A stretch of 64,000 nucleotides of DNA. It comes from Felis catus. Lineage: Eukaryota. The notes below the pieces were generated by a model. That model worked only from the letters and a program-made list of their open reading frames with translations. It ran no database searches and had not been told where the DNA came from. Positions 51,997 to 64,000 of this stretch are shown here, in pieces. Location: contig NC_058368.1 in the NCBI RefSeq assembly GCF_018350175.1, positions 179,492,001-179,556,000 on the forward strand, read 5' to 3'. The position numbers were made by a program, and so were the translations under genes. The number at the start of each line of letters is the position of its first letter. Within the stretch, counting starts at the first letter, position 1.

Positions 51997-52184
51997 GAGT
52001 GCCTGGGTAGCTCGGTCGGTTAAGCACCTGACCCTGGATTTCAGATATCAGTTTCATTGGTTCGAGCCCCGCGTTGGTCAGTGCAAAGCCTGCATGGGAT
52101 TCTCTGTCTTTGTCTCTCTCTGCCCCTCCCCCCCAATTGTGTGTACATGCGCTCTCCCCCCCCCCCAGTAAATAAATATTTTAA
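51997..52184 (+). mobile_element. Older CAN-SINE (intronic)
   Basis: SINE head and linker; perfect 16-bp TSD AAAATGAGTAAAAAGA (51981-51996, 52185-52200). Confidence 0.93.
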
Positions 52185-55100
52185 AAAATGAGTAAAAAGA
52201 CCCAGGCAGAATCCTGGTTTCCATCCCCCTCCCCTTTTTCTTTTAACTGTGGGACTTTGTAGGAGTATCTTTCTGAGTCTTAGGTGCCTCATCTGTAGCC
52301 TTTAGAATGGTAGGACTAACCCTTCTCTCCTGGGGCTGATGCAAGGTTTATATGAGATCAGATGTCTGCAGATACCTCCTAAATTTAGTGCTCTGCGAAT
52401 ACCTTAATGAGTCCACCCACGATATCTGATTTTAACCACTAAATCCTGTATTTGAAAGATGATCAGTGTGAATTTTCAGAAGAGGAAATGCAGTGAGTTC
52501 CAAGTCACCCATGCCTTCACGCTCTTGTTGGGAGTTCCTTTTCACTTACTAAGGTGCATTGTTTACAGAAGCAAAGAAAGCGCCCCACTAGCCAAGTCAG
52601 CAGCCCAACCAGGTGGAGCTTAGAGGACTTTTTGTCTAACAGAGTAATGAATAAGTGGCAGTTTCCAAGAAAGTAGAACCCCATAAGGGGCTGTATGAAG
52701 GATGAAGTTGTTTAAAGGAACTATTTATTGAGTGCCTACTATGTGCCAGGAATGGCGATGCATAAAGCAAGCAAAATGTCCTCATAACTAGGACAGCTCA
52801 AAATAATATGATGTAGTCTAGGCTGTTGCTTCCCACAAAATGACTGACAAGGCAAAGGCCACCATGCTAGGTTCAGAGAGGAGATTCATAGGATGGCAGG
52901 GGAAATGCTAGAACAATGAGGGAGGCGGGACACCAAGCCCTCAGGAACCACTGATGAAAGCAAGTCTCACTCATCCCTTTTAGTGGGTACAAATATGCAG
53001 AAAAACTCACACATCATAAAAAAAAATAGTACAAGTGGAATTAAAAAAACTCATGGGGAAAATATTAATCTGAGAACAATTGTATCCGAGAAAGCATTCA
53101 AGTATGCCTCTGCAGCTAGCTGGCAAACAGCACAAGTTCTGCATTTTATTAGAGCCCTAACTCTGTGTAGAACACTGACCTTATTTGAGAAGCATTTCAT
53201 AAACACTGACACACAGCACAGCAGCATTTGAGGCTATGAGGAGATACAGGGCCTCCTCTGGGCGGCCAGCTTCCCTTCCCGGACACTTGCAGCTGTAACC
53301 AGACCACTGGACGTTGTTCCCCTGTGGTGTTAATTCACTTATTCTTCTCTCTCAGGTTTAACAAGCAGGTAGGAATTTTCTCAGGGGAAGATGAAAGAGG
53401 GGGCTTTGGACTGAAGTGTGCTCTTTGGGCAAGTTTTCCTGGGAGTGCAGTGGGCCATGAGCAAGACTAAGCTTTGGAGGGAAGGGTCTGAGAACTTAGA
53501 TTTGGCCCAGTTTCTTGTTGGAGAGCTCATCCTGTGCCTGGAAACCAGTGATGTGTATGTGTATAGGAGGGTGGTTCTCAAGCAGCTTTTACCTGGTCCT
53601 GTGGAATAGAAGACCCGTGGCTTGCAATAGCCCTGAGAAATGTGTGCACCGCCTTTCCTCCTACTACAAGTTGGCAGTTTTCTTTCCATCTGCTGCCAGC
53701 TTGAAAGTCCTGAATTTCTGCCATGGAACTCGGTTCTGTCCCTCCCCCTCTCATTTCCTTCCTTAGCTAAGAGATTTTTAGGCTTTTGAGGCATGTTTGG
53801 AGATCATCTGGTCTGCCCCTTCCCCACTGATCTGACCCACCTGGACAGAGAAGTGTCTCAGAAAAATCGTGGGAGGGGATGTCATCTTTGTGGTGGGAGC
53901 GTCCCTTCTGAGAAGCTTGCCTCCTTTCATTTCAGCCTTGCTCACAGCATTAGTCCTGAATAAAGATCTCTCAGCCTTAGGAAGCCTCTGCCAATCTGAG
54001 AAGCTAGGGAGAGAGAAGAGGGACCAAATCTAGTACAAAAATAAATAAATGAGGGGGATAATGTGGAGCTAGAGGGGAGAGGCACAAAATGGGTGACTTG
54101 GCATTGCAGTCCCAAGACCCTAAGCACCAGGTACAAGCAAGTACCTAAGCTTGTGTAGAGTCTAGAAAGGGAAGCCCTCAGATAGGAAAACTGCAAGGGA
54201 AGGGACGCGGGGAACCAGGACTGGAGTGGGAATCCAAAATGGGAAGGCCAACTACTTCATGGGAGTTTTTAATGAGTCTAGTGCCCCCCACCTTCTAATT
54301 ACTTCTTACCACAAGATGGTAACCAGTCTGTTCTGTTTACTCTGTTTACTCATACATTTTAATACTTTCTGAAACATTTCCCATAAGCTTCCTCATGCCC
54401 TGTGTCCTCCTTGTATGTTCTAGAAATTTTGCAAAGACCTAAATCTCCTCTGCGTTCTTTCCCGACTGGAGCTGCATGCTGATTCAAGCCATATTCAGCC
54501 AGGAAGCTCTCTTGCCGTCTTTAAAACAAGAAACATCTTCTTCTGAGAAGACTGCACTACAGTTTTCTTTGTCTGTGTTGCTAACGAACAAAGAGGCCCC
54601 GTTGCAAAACAGCATTTCACGAGCAGAGCGGGGCTGATAGCACCTCTTGCCAAATGTGACTGTGTGTAGTTGTGTGTGGGGGGAAAACAGCTTTGTCAAG
54701 AGGAGAGCCGACGGAGGCAGCTCTGGGGAATTTTTAGCAACTGCAGCATGGTGTAGTGGAAAGAATGCTTGCATGGGAATTTGGAGACCTGGCTGTGCCT
54801 CTGACCCACCGTGTGACCTCGGACAAGTCACTTGACCTCTCTGGGCCTCAGTTTCCTGGTCTTTAAAGGGGATGAAGGGAGCAGGCTGGATGATCTCCAA
54901 GGATCCTTTCAGCCCCATGCATCCTCACTTCTGGGGGCTGGGATTTGAGGTTTAGACCTGAGCCAGCATCCATCCAACCCAAGGGACTTTCTAGAGGCAA
55001 TAGAATGGCCAGGACAGCTGCTTCAGGGAGTGGCTGGTCCTTGATTAAGGCTCAAATAATTAGCTCAGCTCCACAGTTAGCCTTCTGAAATTAAGAAAGA

Positions 55101-55394
55101 AAAAGATGTTTAGGTTCAAAAATAGCAGTTGGGGTTCCTTAAAACCGATTGGCTTTGGGCTTTGTACACTTTATGCACAGACATAATTTCCCTTCCTCTA
55201 TAGAAAGCTGTTTAAAGTATTGATACTGGAGTTAGTGTGACCCGGCTTAAATGCCATAGCTAGGTAGGTAATCTTGGGCATGTTCTTTGATAGTAACCTG
55301 CTTCATTGGGTTGCTGGAAGGTTCAAATGAGGTAATACATTTCAAGCTTAGAGGGCAGTGTTTAACCTTAAATAACCACTCAGAAAGTCATTTT

Positions 55395-55985
55395 TCTGAT
55401 TACCTATTTCTGCTTAACAAATCATCCCAAAACTTAGGGTTGGAAAGCAACAACCATTTCATTGGTGGTTTCTCCATGCTTCTTTGAGTCAGGATTTGGG
55501 ACATGGCTCAGAGGGATGGTTTGTCTCTACTTCCTGATGTCTGAGGCATCAGCTAAAGAATGTGAGAATGACTAGGGGAGATTTGAACCGCCGGGTGTTA
55601 GAATCATCTTCAGGCTGTTCTCTTACACATCTGGCAGACAGGCTGGGTTGACTTGAAGGAAGGTTGGCCTTAGGCTGGGATTGTTGACCAGAGTCCCTCT
55701 ATGTGACTTCTCTGTGTGGCTTGGGCTTGTTTGCCACATGGTGGCCATGAAGTGTTCTAACTTCTTACGTGGAGACTCAGAGCTCCAAGAACAATGTGCC
55801 AGTAAAAAATCCAGAGGTTGCATGACTTTTTAGGAGCTAGCCTTAGAAGCAACAAAGTGCCCCTTCTATTGTATTTTATTGTTCTAAGCAGCACAAGTTA
55901 GTTAGCTTGCATTCAAGTTAAGGACCACCTGTCAAAGAGAAGTCCCAAAGAATTTGTGGCCATGTTTTAAGACCTCTGTAGCCAT
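55395..55985 (-). mobile_element. MaLR LTR (MLT1H-like)
   Basis: TAACAAATCATCCCAAAACTTAG start; TGTGTGGCTTGGGCTT and CAAAGAATTTGTGGCCATGTTTTAA motifs. Confidence 0.78.
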
Positions 55986-56961
55986 ACAATTATCATCGTT
56001 ACTTTCTGTACTGTGTATATAATCTCTTAACTAGATAAGAAGCTTCTTGAAGGCAGAAGCTATACATTTCTCTACAGAGGTTTAGTACAACACTTATGAA
56101 CGTAAAGCTAAGTGAACACATTTAAAAAAATCAAATTGACTTGGATAGGCAGGAGGTTTAGTGGAAAGACCCTGATCATTAAAGCCAAAGAGAGTTTGGT
56201 TAAAAAAATGAATTAAAAAAATGTGCCCTTTGGCAAATCACTTGTCTTTCTAGACTGAGTTTTCTCACTCCCTGCTCAAATGGAGACGTTATACCTATCT
56301 CAAGGATTGTTGTAAGAATTAGGGATAATATGTGCAAAATGGCCAACACATATTTGATGCTAATGAGCGTTGTGAGGCGTTGTGGCACTGTGGCAAGCAC
56401 ATAGATGCTCAAGGTGACAGAGTGGTTTCAAATCCCAGTGCTTTCTTTTTTTGGAGGGCAAAATGGGTATAATAGTATATTATGTCTAGGTTTATTGTAA
56501 GGAAGATTAATACATCATGTAAAGCTTCCAGCTCAGTCCCTAACACACAGCAGGGACTTAATACCTGTAAGGCCTGTAAGAGTACCTGTTGAGTAGCCAC
56601 AGTTAAAATTGCTGTTCTTTTGTTTGTACACTGATTTCTTTATGAATTTATGCATTGAACAATTATTTATTTAGTGCTCATATCTCATAATAGCTTCATT
56701 TCTTAAGTCCTTGCTTGGTAGGGCCTGTTAATGCCTAGATCTGGGGAGATACATTCATGGATGGAGAATTGGCCCTTCAGCAAGGAGCTCACAGGTGCAG
56801 GCCAGCTGCTTGGGACAGCATTCTATTTGAACACAGGTGCAATTGAGTTTTAATTGTCCCTGTTGACTTTTGACCCGAGAGTGCCTCCTGGCTTCCTCCA
56901 GTTATAACCCTTTTTGCTCAGATATCCACATGTGTCCTTTCCTCTTTGAGCCTGTCTTCTT

Positions 56962-57187
56962 ATTTTTTTTTTAAAGTTTATTTATTTTGAGAGAGAGAGA
57001 GAGAGAGCGCGCGCGCGCCAGCCAGAGCACATAAGTACATGCATGAGTTGGGGAGGGGCAGAAAGAGAGGGAGAGAGAGAATCCTAAGTAGGCTCCCCAC
57101 AAGGGGCTCCATCACACGAACTGTGAGATTATGACCTGAGCCAAAATCAAGGGTCCGAGGTTTAACCGACTGAGCCACCCAGGCGCC
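56962..57187 (-). mobile_element. CAN-SINE (intronic) with (GA)n(GC)6 linker
   Basis: Body ends ...CCACCCAGGCGCC; degenerate 16/20 TSD (56942-56961 vs 57188-57207). Confidence 0.93.
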
Positions 57188-58295
57188 CTCTTTGGGTCCG
57201 TGTTCTTTACTACTGTGTAACTACAGGCAACATGTGAGCTCTTTGTGTCTGTTTTTGTTGTTGTCTTTTTAAAAAGCATTGTTTTCCTAGCTCAGATGTG
57301 TCAAACTATACCAGTCTGGTCTGTGTGGTGCCAAGAAGGACACTCAGTCATTTCTCCAGGTGGTTCCTAGGACCTGAGGCTCTATTAGGAACCATTGACT
57401 AGGAGCTCCTCCCTTTCTTCCTGAAGATCCCTCCCCAAAGCCCTAGCCTTAGCCTTTTTTTAAAAACGAGCCTAGAGAATCTGATAAATTGTCTTTGTCT
57501 TTAGAAAAATACACAGACACAATACGAACACAATGTATTTTGCAGACGATTTTGAGGTTATTCATGGCCACCTCACCAGGTGGCATATTTCTTCGGAATG
57601 ATTCTGTTTCAGTGATTTTGATTACACGATCTTCTGGCCTTTTGCTGAGTTCTACTTGAGGATCATAGTGTACCTGTGAGACTTAGGTCTCACTTTTCCA
57701 AGTCCTGCATCCGTCCATTGCGGTAGACATGTGATGTGTTTGGCTGCCAAGAACTCGGCTTTCCTTCCTAGCCAAGTATCATCTTCTGCGCCCACAGGAT
57801 GCAGTTGACTGGGTTTGTCACCAGGGGCCTTGCCCTCCCCTAGTCAGGGGATGAGCTCATGCCCCAAGTCAAGTCCTTTGGGTGCTTGCTGCCTGGAAAT
57901 GGAATCTTGACCAAAGGGATGAAGAGATTGGACATGATGGCTTGCCATTTCATCTAAGCACTTCTGCAAAATGGCCAGACATGCCTGCTTTTCTTTTCCC
58001 CAGACCTGTTCTTCAGATTCCCATTGAATCCAGAAGTTCCTGATAGCCTTCTAGTGAATTGCCTTTTGCTCAAGCTTATAAACTTGCCACCAGATAACAC
58101 TGAGAAAGCAACAGACAACAAACTTGTGGAGGAGAAAGTGGCATAATGAGAAAGATTATGACTGGCGTTTGGAGAAAGGCAGACCCAGGTCTGAATCACA
58201 GTTTTACCATTCACCAGCTGGGTACCCTGAGGCAAGTTCATTCTTCTCTTAGGATGTCAATGTCATTGCAAAACAGGGATAATGAGTCCTGAAAC

Positions 58296-58470
58296 CTTGA
58301 TTCTCAAACTTGGCTGTGCATGGAAATCACCTGGGGAGATTTTAAAATTACTGGTGCCTGGGTCCCATCCCCAGAGATTCTCTTGAATGATTTTGGGGTG
58401 CTTTCCTGGGTGTTGTGATTTTATAATGCTCCCAGGTATTTCTGATGTGCAGCAGCGTTGGAGAAAATTG
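58296..58470 (+). mobile_element. MER5A-like hAT MITE inserted in a MIR (~58135-58550)
   Basis: TTCTCAAACTTGGCTGTGCATGGAAATCACCTGGGGAG...TCTGATGTGCAGC...GAGAAAATTG. Confidence 0.82.
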
Positions 58471-59256
58471 ACCTAAAGAAATTCTTCAAATTATAGAGGA
58501 GATTAAATGATAATAAGCACAGTGGAGGGATTGATAAAAGTCATTCTCCTTTCCTTTCCTTTCTTAAGGTGAGCCAGAATCGCTTGCCTTTGCTTCTAGT
58601 ACGGTTTTCTTTGTTTGGAACAGTCATCGCCATGCATGACAAGCACGGTGCAATATAACCCTGCTTATTTATACCATTTGAGGTGAAGGCCAATGGTAGA
58701 TGTAGCCAGAATTATAGAACATACAAAAATGTGACTACTGGCACATCTGGGGAATAACTAGGACGAGTTCAACAGTGTTTTGTGAGAGCGTTCTATGGAG
58801 TAACTGCTTTAATGAGAGATGAAATTGATTTATAATTACCATGGCAACAGCAAAATAGAGTGATGTCTCCCCAAGGGACCTGGACCAGGACCCATGAGGA
58901 TTCTCTCCCACGTCTTCCCTGTAACTTGCTGAGTGGCCTTGGCTCAGACAGTTCATCACTCAAGTCCTCGGTTTCCTGAGAGCACATTTTCTGATGGGTG
59001 CAACTTCAACAGAATTTTTTAGGAAATCTGTTGATGTGACTGTTGTTAAGACACTGATGAAAAGATTCTATAGGAAGCAGAGTGAAAGCAGGGCCTTGAG
59101 CCTCTCAGAAAAGATAATTATAGATATCGGTTCTCCTATCTCCCCTCTTCCCCTACCCCACAGCCTCTCCCACATCTTACCATGTAGGAACCTGTCCAAA
59201 CCTCTATATGAAGGGCTTTCTATAGAGAGGGTACCAAGGGAAACTCCTATCTTAGC

Positions 59257-59440
59257 CCAGGGCTTCTCTACCTAGGAACTATTGACATTTGGGGATGGAT
59301 TTTTTTTTTTGGTTGTGGGGAGCTGTCCTGTTCATTTTAAGATATTTAGCAGCATCCCTGACCTCTACCCACAGATTCCAGTATAAGCAAGCCCCTCTCC
59401 TGTCTGACATCCAAAAGATGTCGCCAGACACTGCCAAGTC
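59257..59440 (-). mobile_element. MER20 (partial)
   Basis: Reverse complement of the element type at 3403-3619 (TTTAGCAGCATCCCTGACCTCTACCCAC). Confidence 0.82.
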
Positions 59441-59718
59441 TTCACTTCCAGTCTCAGCGAAATGGGTTTAAGTAAACAGAGCAGCATAAATGTTGTGGGT
59501 GCACAGTGGTTAACCTCCTTAGTGCCCTCAAATCCCAGGGAGCCAGACAGCTATCAGGAATCCCTACATCCATTGTTACAGATGGGGGTTCTGAGTTCCA
59601 GAAAAGTTAATAGTAATCATAATAACCACCGGCTACCATTTATTGAGTGTTTATTATGTGTTATGTGCATGGCTAAGTGCTTTATATATTATATTGTCTC
59701 AATTAATAGTTACATTGA

Positions 59719-60325
59719 CAGAGCTTGCAAACCAGTGGCCAGTAGGCCAAATTCAGCCTTCCAGTGTGTTGTACTTGGCTCACATGGTATTGGCTCATAG
59801 AGTTGTTATTTTTCTTTTGAATGTCGGTTTCTTGCCAACATTTTAAGATTGAGTGAATTCATATAAAAATCTACCTCCAGCTTCTTTTTAAGAAGTTGGT
59901 AAATTTGGGGGTACCTGGGTGGTTCAGTCACTTAAGTGTCTAACTCTCGATTTTGGCTCTGGTCATGACCTCATGGTTCGTGGGTTTGTGCCCCACGTTG
60001 GGCTCTGCACTGAAAGTACAGAGCCTACTTGGGATTCTCTCTCTCTCTTTCTCTCTCTGTGCCCCTCCCCCACACGCATGTATGCTCTCTCTCTCAATAA
60101 ATAAGTTTTCAAGGTAAATTTGGCAGTAGGGGGTCAGATTGGCTCAGTGGTAGTAATTGTCTGGTTTTTAGATGAGGCACATCTCCTTTGCACTGCAGTC
60201 CCCACCACTCCTGGCTGGGACTCCAACTGTGTGTCAGATGCCATTTGGCATCATGTTATTTTTCTTTTGCTTCCCTCGTTGATGTCACGTGCCTGGCTCC
60301 TCTAGGTTGTTGTATTTGTGGCTCC
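59719..60325 (-). mobile_element. MER102-like hAT transposon (contains SINE)
   Basis: GCAAACCAGTGGCC...GGCCAAATTCAGCC start, TTGCCAACATTTTAAGAT and CAGTCCCCACCACTCC motifs. Confidence 0.68.
59907..60110 (+). mobile_element. CAN-SINE inserted in MER102-like DNA transposon
   Basis: GGGGTACCTGGGTGGTTCAGTC head; GGTAAATTTGG repeated on both flanks. Confidence 0.92.
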
Positions 60326-60374
60326 TTCCTTATACCTACCCTATGTTGCATATATTACTGTTCCAATTTTAAAG

Positions 60375-60535
60375 TTTATTTATTTATTTTGAGAGAGGGA
60401 GAGAGAATCCCAAGCAGGCCCTGTGCTATCAGCGCAGAACTGGATGTGGGGCACAAACCCATGAAATGTGAGCTCATGACCTGAGCCAAAATCGAGAGTT
60501 GGACCCTGAACCGACTGAGTCACCTGGGAGCCTCA
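60375..60535 (-). mobile_element. CAN-SINE inserted in MIR
   Basis: Short-linker SINE; 14/15 TSD GTTCC(A/C)ATTTTAAAG (60360-60374, 60536-60550). Confidence 0.9.
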
Positions 60536-61774
60536 GTTCCCATTTTAAAGATGGGAAAACAGAGGCTCAGCCAAAGGAAAGCTCTTGTCCAAATTCACAC
60601 AACAAGTAAGCTGGGAGAGAAACCTGAGCCCCCGACCTTGCCAGCAAGCATACCCCTTCCCGACATCACAGAGTAGCTGCTGGGAGAGCCTCCCTGCATC
60701 CCAGGATGCCCCAGCCAGATCTTCGGCAGCTTAGGGTTTCCTTGGAGAACCAAATCTCATTGCCCTTTTGCTCACCAGGAAACCACATGTCACCAGCATA
60801 GGAAGAGTGTCTTCTGAGTGTAGCTCCCAAGCTGCGTTTCCCCTATGTCTGTGCCACTCTTTGGTCTGTGTCCAAGGGCTGCTCACACACTCCCACGTAG
60901 CTGAGGGGCCAGCTGGTGTGTGTGCTTCTGCCTAAGATGAGGCTGCTTGCCTGTGGGGAGGCTGTGATTGCTTTAGGAAATTAAGTGGGAGTGATTAATT
61001 AGGAAATGTACTGAGGACTCTGGAAAGAAATAGCTGAAAAAGAAAAAAAAATTGGAACTCTAAATATGGAATGCTTCTGGCCACATGGCTAAGGATGCTG
61101 TGTTCAGTGGAACTGAAGGCATTTGATTCTGTTATTTCTGCTGCTGCTGCTTTGATATACCCCCCTTGCATAAGGATGCTGGAAGGAACCACAGAATCAG
61201 CTGGCTCAACCTCTTCTTTCACCAAATGGCAGTGAGAGCTCAGAGAGGCCACCAGGGGAAGCTGGCAGCTTCGAAGGAACAGCAAGGCTTGAGACTCAGA
61301 AAGACCTGATGCATAATCTCGGGCAAATCTCTGAGTCTTGGGCTTCTTACTGTGAAACCAAGGTAGCACTGGCCATTGCCAAGAGTTGTTGCAAAGAATT
61401 AGTGAACAAAAGCATGAGCACTGACTGCTTCTAAGTAACATGTGCCAAGCACTGTTCCAGCATGTTGCTGTGTTTTCTTGCTCTACGACAGTCCTATGAG
61501 GGGGGTACTATTATTAGCTCAATTTATAGATGAAGAACAAAGGCACTGAGAGGATACGTTATTTACTCAGCGTCCACAGCTGGTCAGCGGCAGAGCCAGG
61601 TTTCCTATGCAGTCTAAGAATCCACCTTCTCAACCACTAAGCATTCAGCCTCCTTTACATATTGTATAAAGTGTAGGTGACATTATATAATCAATAAAAC
61701 AGGGAATTTATGTATGATACAATTTATTGTGTATAAGATAATTAACATAAGTAATTAATATATAATTTGTTATA

Positions 61775-61853
61775 TTAGGTGGAAACCTATGAGATTGCCT
61801 CTTTTGTTAGCAGGAAATGTTGAATAGTAGTAATTTCATAGAGTTCATCCTAA
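61775..61853. mobile_element. MADE2-like mariner MITE (79 bp)
   Basis: Imperfect ~25-bp terminal inverted repeats (TTAGGTGGAAACCTATGAGATTGCC / AGTAATTTCATAGAGTTCATCCTAA) flanked by TA on both sides. Confidence 0.82.
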
Positions 61854-63374
61854 TATATGATACGTAAGTCACAGAAATTTTTCCTTCTCTCACCTTCAGT
61901 GAATTCCCAACTTTGAACCTTAGTTTCTTCCTCCATAAAGTGGGGCCAGCATCCGTAACACATGGTATTGCTATACCGTATCAGTCAGACCATGTGTGGA
62001 GAGTACCTAGCACAGTGCCCAGAAAATAGGATCCATTATTTTTTGTTTGTTTGTTTGTTTTGTTTGTTTCCAGTCACAGCCATGGCTCCCCACACACCTG
62101 CAGAGTCCTGATATGTAATAGTCCTTTCGCCCCCAGTGGTTTGGCTTTTGGTTTGAGGGTCTCCATGTCCAAGAAAACTTGTAAGTTATAGGTAAAGTAT
62201 TGGGCCCAGGGACTGTTTTTCATTCCATGGACTTTGATATTTTCAATATGCTTCAGTCTAATATAAAGCTTCCTGTCAGGCCAAACTGAATGTGTTGCCT
62301 TCCACTCACTTAAGAATTATGGTACTGCCTGAATGAAATACCACCCCGCCTAGGCTCGTTCCTTCTCTGTTTCCCCTTGGGTCCTTGTGGTAAAGCCCCT
62401 TGCTATACTTACTGAATTTTTGTTAGTGAGCCTTGTCTTTGGAAACTCTACCCAACTGGAGTCCTCTGTGGGTTTTAATGAAAGTTCTCTCTGATCCTTT
62501 GGGGTATGGGCTTTGTATCCTTGCAGGAGAACCATATGGTGATGGCACCACTCTCTTTACCAAAATGAGAAATAAGACTGAGTCCTCGTCTCAAATCCTG
62601 GCTGTGACTCTGGATGGGTATTCTGAGTCCTTCCAGTCAGCCTGGAAGATCATTAGGAGACTAAGTGATGAGTCTGCCCTCATCCCAGAGCTCTTCTGCT
62701 TTCCCAGGGGTCTTGGAGACTAGAGGAAGTAGCTGAAGCAGGGTGTGGAAGGAGGGTTGGGTCTGTGCAGTAACCCTAGAGTAACAATAAGAGCTTACTT
62801 TCATGGGGACATTACATTGTGTCAGGCACTGTACTAAATGTTTCTTATTGTTTCATTTAATCCTCACAAGACTAGGATTAGGGCCTGACTGAGGCACAGA
62901 AGGGATGAATAGTTTGTCCATGGTCATACATGTGACAAACAGTAGAGCTGAAATTCAGACCCATCTGTTTGACCCGTAACTTTGGTTTCTTAGCCACCAT
63001 GCTCTATAGCTTATAGTCTTCTTTACTTTTGAGGAACTACCAAGTGGGCTTCCTTGATTCCAAAGCAGTAAGTTTTACTGATTCCTAAGTGTGAAAGCAA
63101 AAGCAGAAAGATGGTGCAGATGGTCCGTGAATTAAAGCCCTGAGCTACTTGTCATCTCAGTTGCTGCTTGGGTCTCTTTTGTGGGGCTGTGCTTCCTTGT
63201 GCAAGTTTCAAATCCTGTAAACAGGAGACTCAGGGAAGAGTTGTATAGGACATCAGGTACCAACATACTATCCATTCATTCATTTGGCAAAGCTGTACTC
63301 AGTGCACCCATATGCACCTGTGATGCTCTGATGACCAAGCCATTTCTTATCTCCTCAATTTGCTCTTCCGAAAA

Positions 63375-64000
63375 ACAACCACACATCACACCTACCACAA
63401 TGGCTGTAGTCAAAACAACAAAACAAAGACCAGAAACCCAGCAAGTAACAAGTGTTGGTGAGAATGTGGAGAAATTAAAATACAATGTAAAATGGTTTCT
63501 GTGAAAAGCATAAAAATAAAACGGTTTCTGTGAAAAGCAGTATGGCGGTTCCTCAGAAAGTTAAACATAGAATTACCATATGATCCTGCAGCTCCACTAC
63601 CAAGGTTACACTCCAAAGAATCGAAAGCGAGGACTCTAACAGATACTTATGCCACTATTCACTGTGGCATTATTCACTAGCCAAAAGGTAGGAACAATCC
63701 AGGTGTCCATCAACAGATGAATGAATAAGCAAAATGCGGTGTATGCACATAATAGAATATTATTCAGCCTTAACAAGGAATGGAGTTCTGACACACAACA
63801 AGGATGAGCCTTGAAAACATTATGTTAAGCAAAATAAGCTAGACACAGAAGGACCAATGTTGCATGATGTCACTTAAATGACATATAGAATAGGCGAATT
63901 CATGGAGATAGAATGTAGATTACAGGTTATCAGGGGCTGGGGGTAGGGTGGGGAATAGGAAGTCAATGCTTAATAGGTATAGAGTTTCTGTTTGGGGTGA
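63375..64000 (+). mobile_element. L1MB-like 3' fragment (runs off window)
   Basis: AACATAGAATTACCATATGATCC, GTGTCCATCAACAGATGAAT, GAGTTTCTGTTTGGGGTGA motifs. Confidence 0.88.

Larger units (their letters stand above)
42394..64000 (+). other. SLIT3: SLIT3 intron 1 (partial; continues beyond window)
   Basis: Begins with GTGAGT donor; no downstream segment encoding the expected next LRR (DLDRNNITRI...) was found. Confidence 0.88.

Noticed and set aside
53836..53856. ACCTGGACAGA resembling the start of expected SLIT3 exon 2
   Set aside because: No acceptor AG at the right position and the following codons do not encode the LRR.
61245..61263. GGCCACCAGGGGAAG as CTCF site
   Set aside because: Lacks the conserved GGC at the 3' end of the core.

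Overview
Mammalian genomic DNA from a cat-family carnivore, inferred from felid-type tRNA-derived CAN-SINEs (SINEC_Fc-like) and young felid L1 copies. The only supportable host gene is the 5' end of SLIT3 on the + strand: a TATA-less CpG-island promoter (CCAAT box, GC box, Inr-like TCAGT near 41748), a GC-rich 5' UTR, coding exon 1 (42197-42393; signal peptide plus first LRRNT cap) and the first ~21.6 kb of intron 1. Exon 2 is not in the window. The ~41 kb upstream is a layered transposon graveyard: three young 5'-truncated L1s (two with perfect 17- and 20-bp TSDs), ancient L1M/L2/CR1/MIR, MaLR/ERVL LTRs and hAT/mariner MITEs; 15 CAN-SINEs are spread over the window. I do not see a convincing novel biological system. 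The best leads are regulatory: a uORF with a (CTG)3(CCG)7 repeat in the SLIT3 5' UTR that overlaps an in-frame N-terminal extension, a near-consensus CTCF site, a G-quadruplex and a palindromic Z-DNA tract upstream of the promoter, candidate intronic enhancers, and a perfect 87-bp tandem duplication. Repeat subfamily names are from recall of consensus sequences and need RepeatMasker/Dfam confirmation; boundaries of old repeats are approximate.
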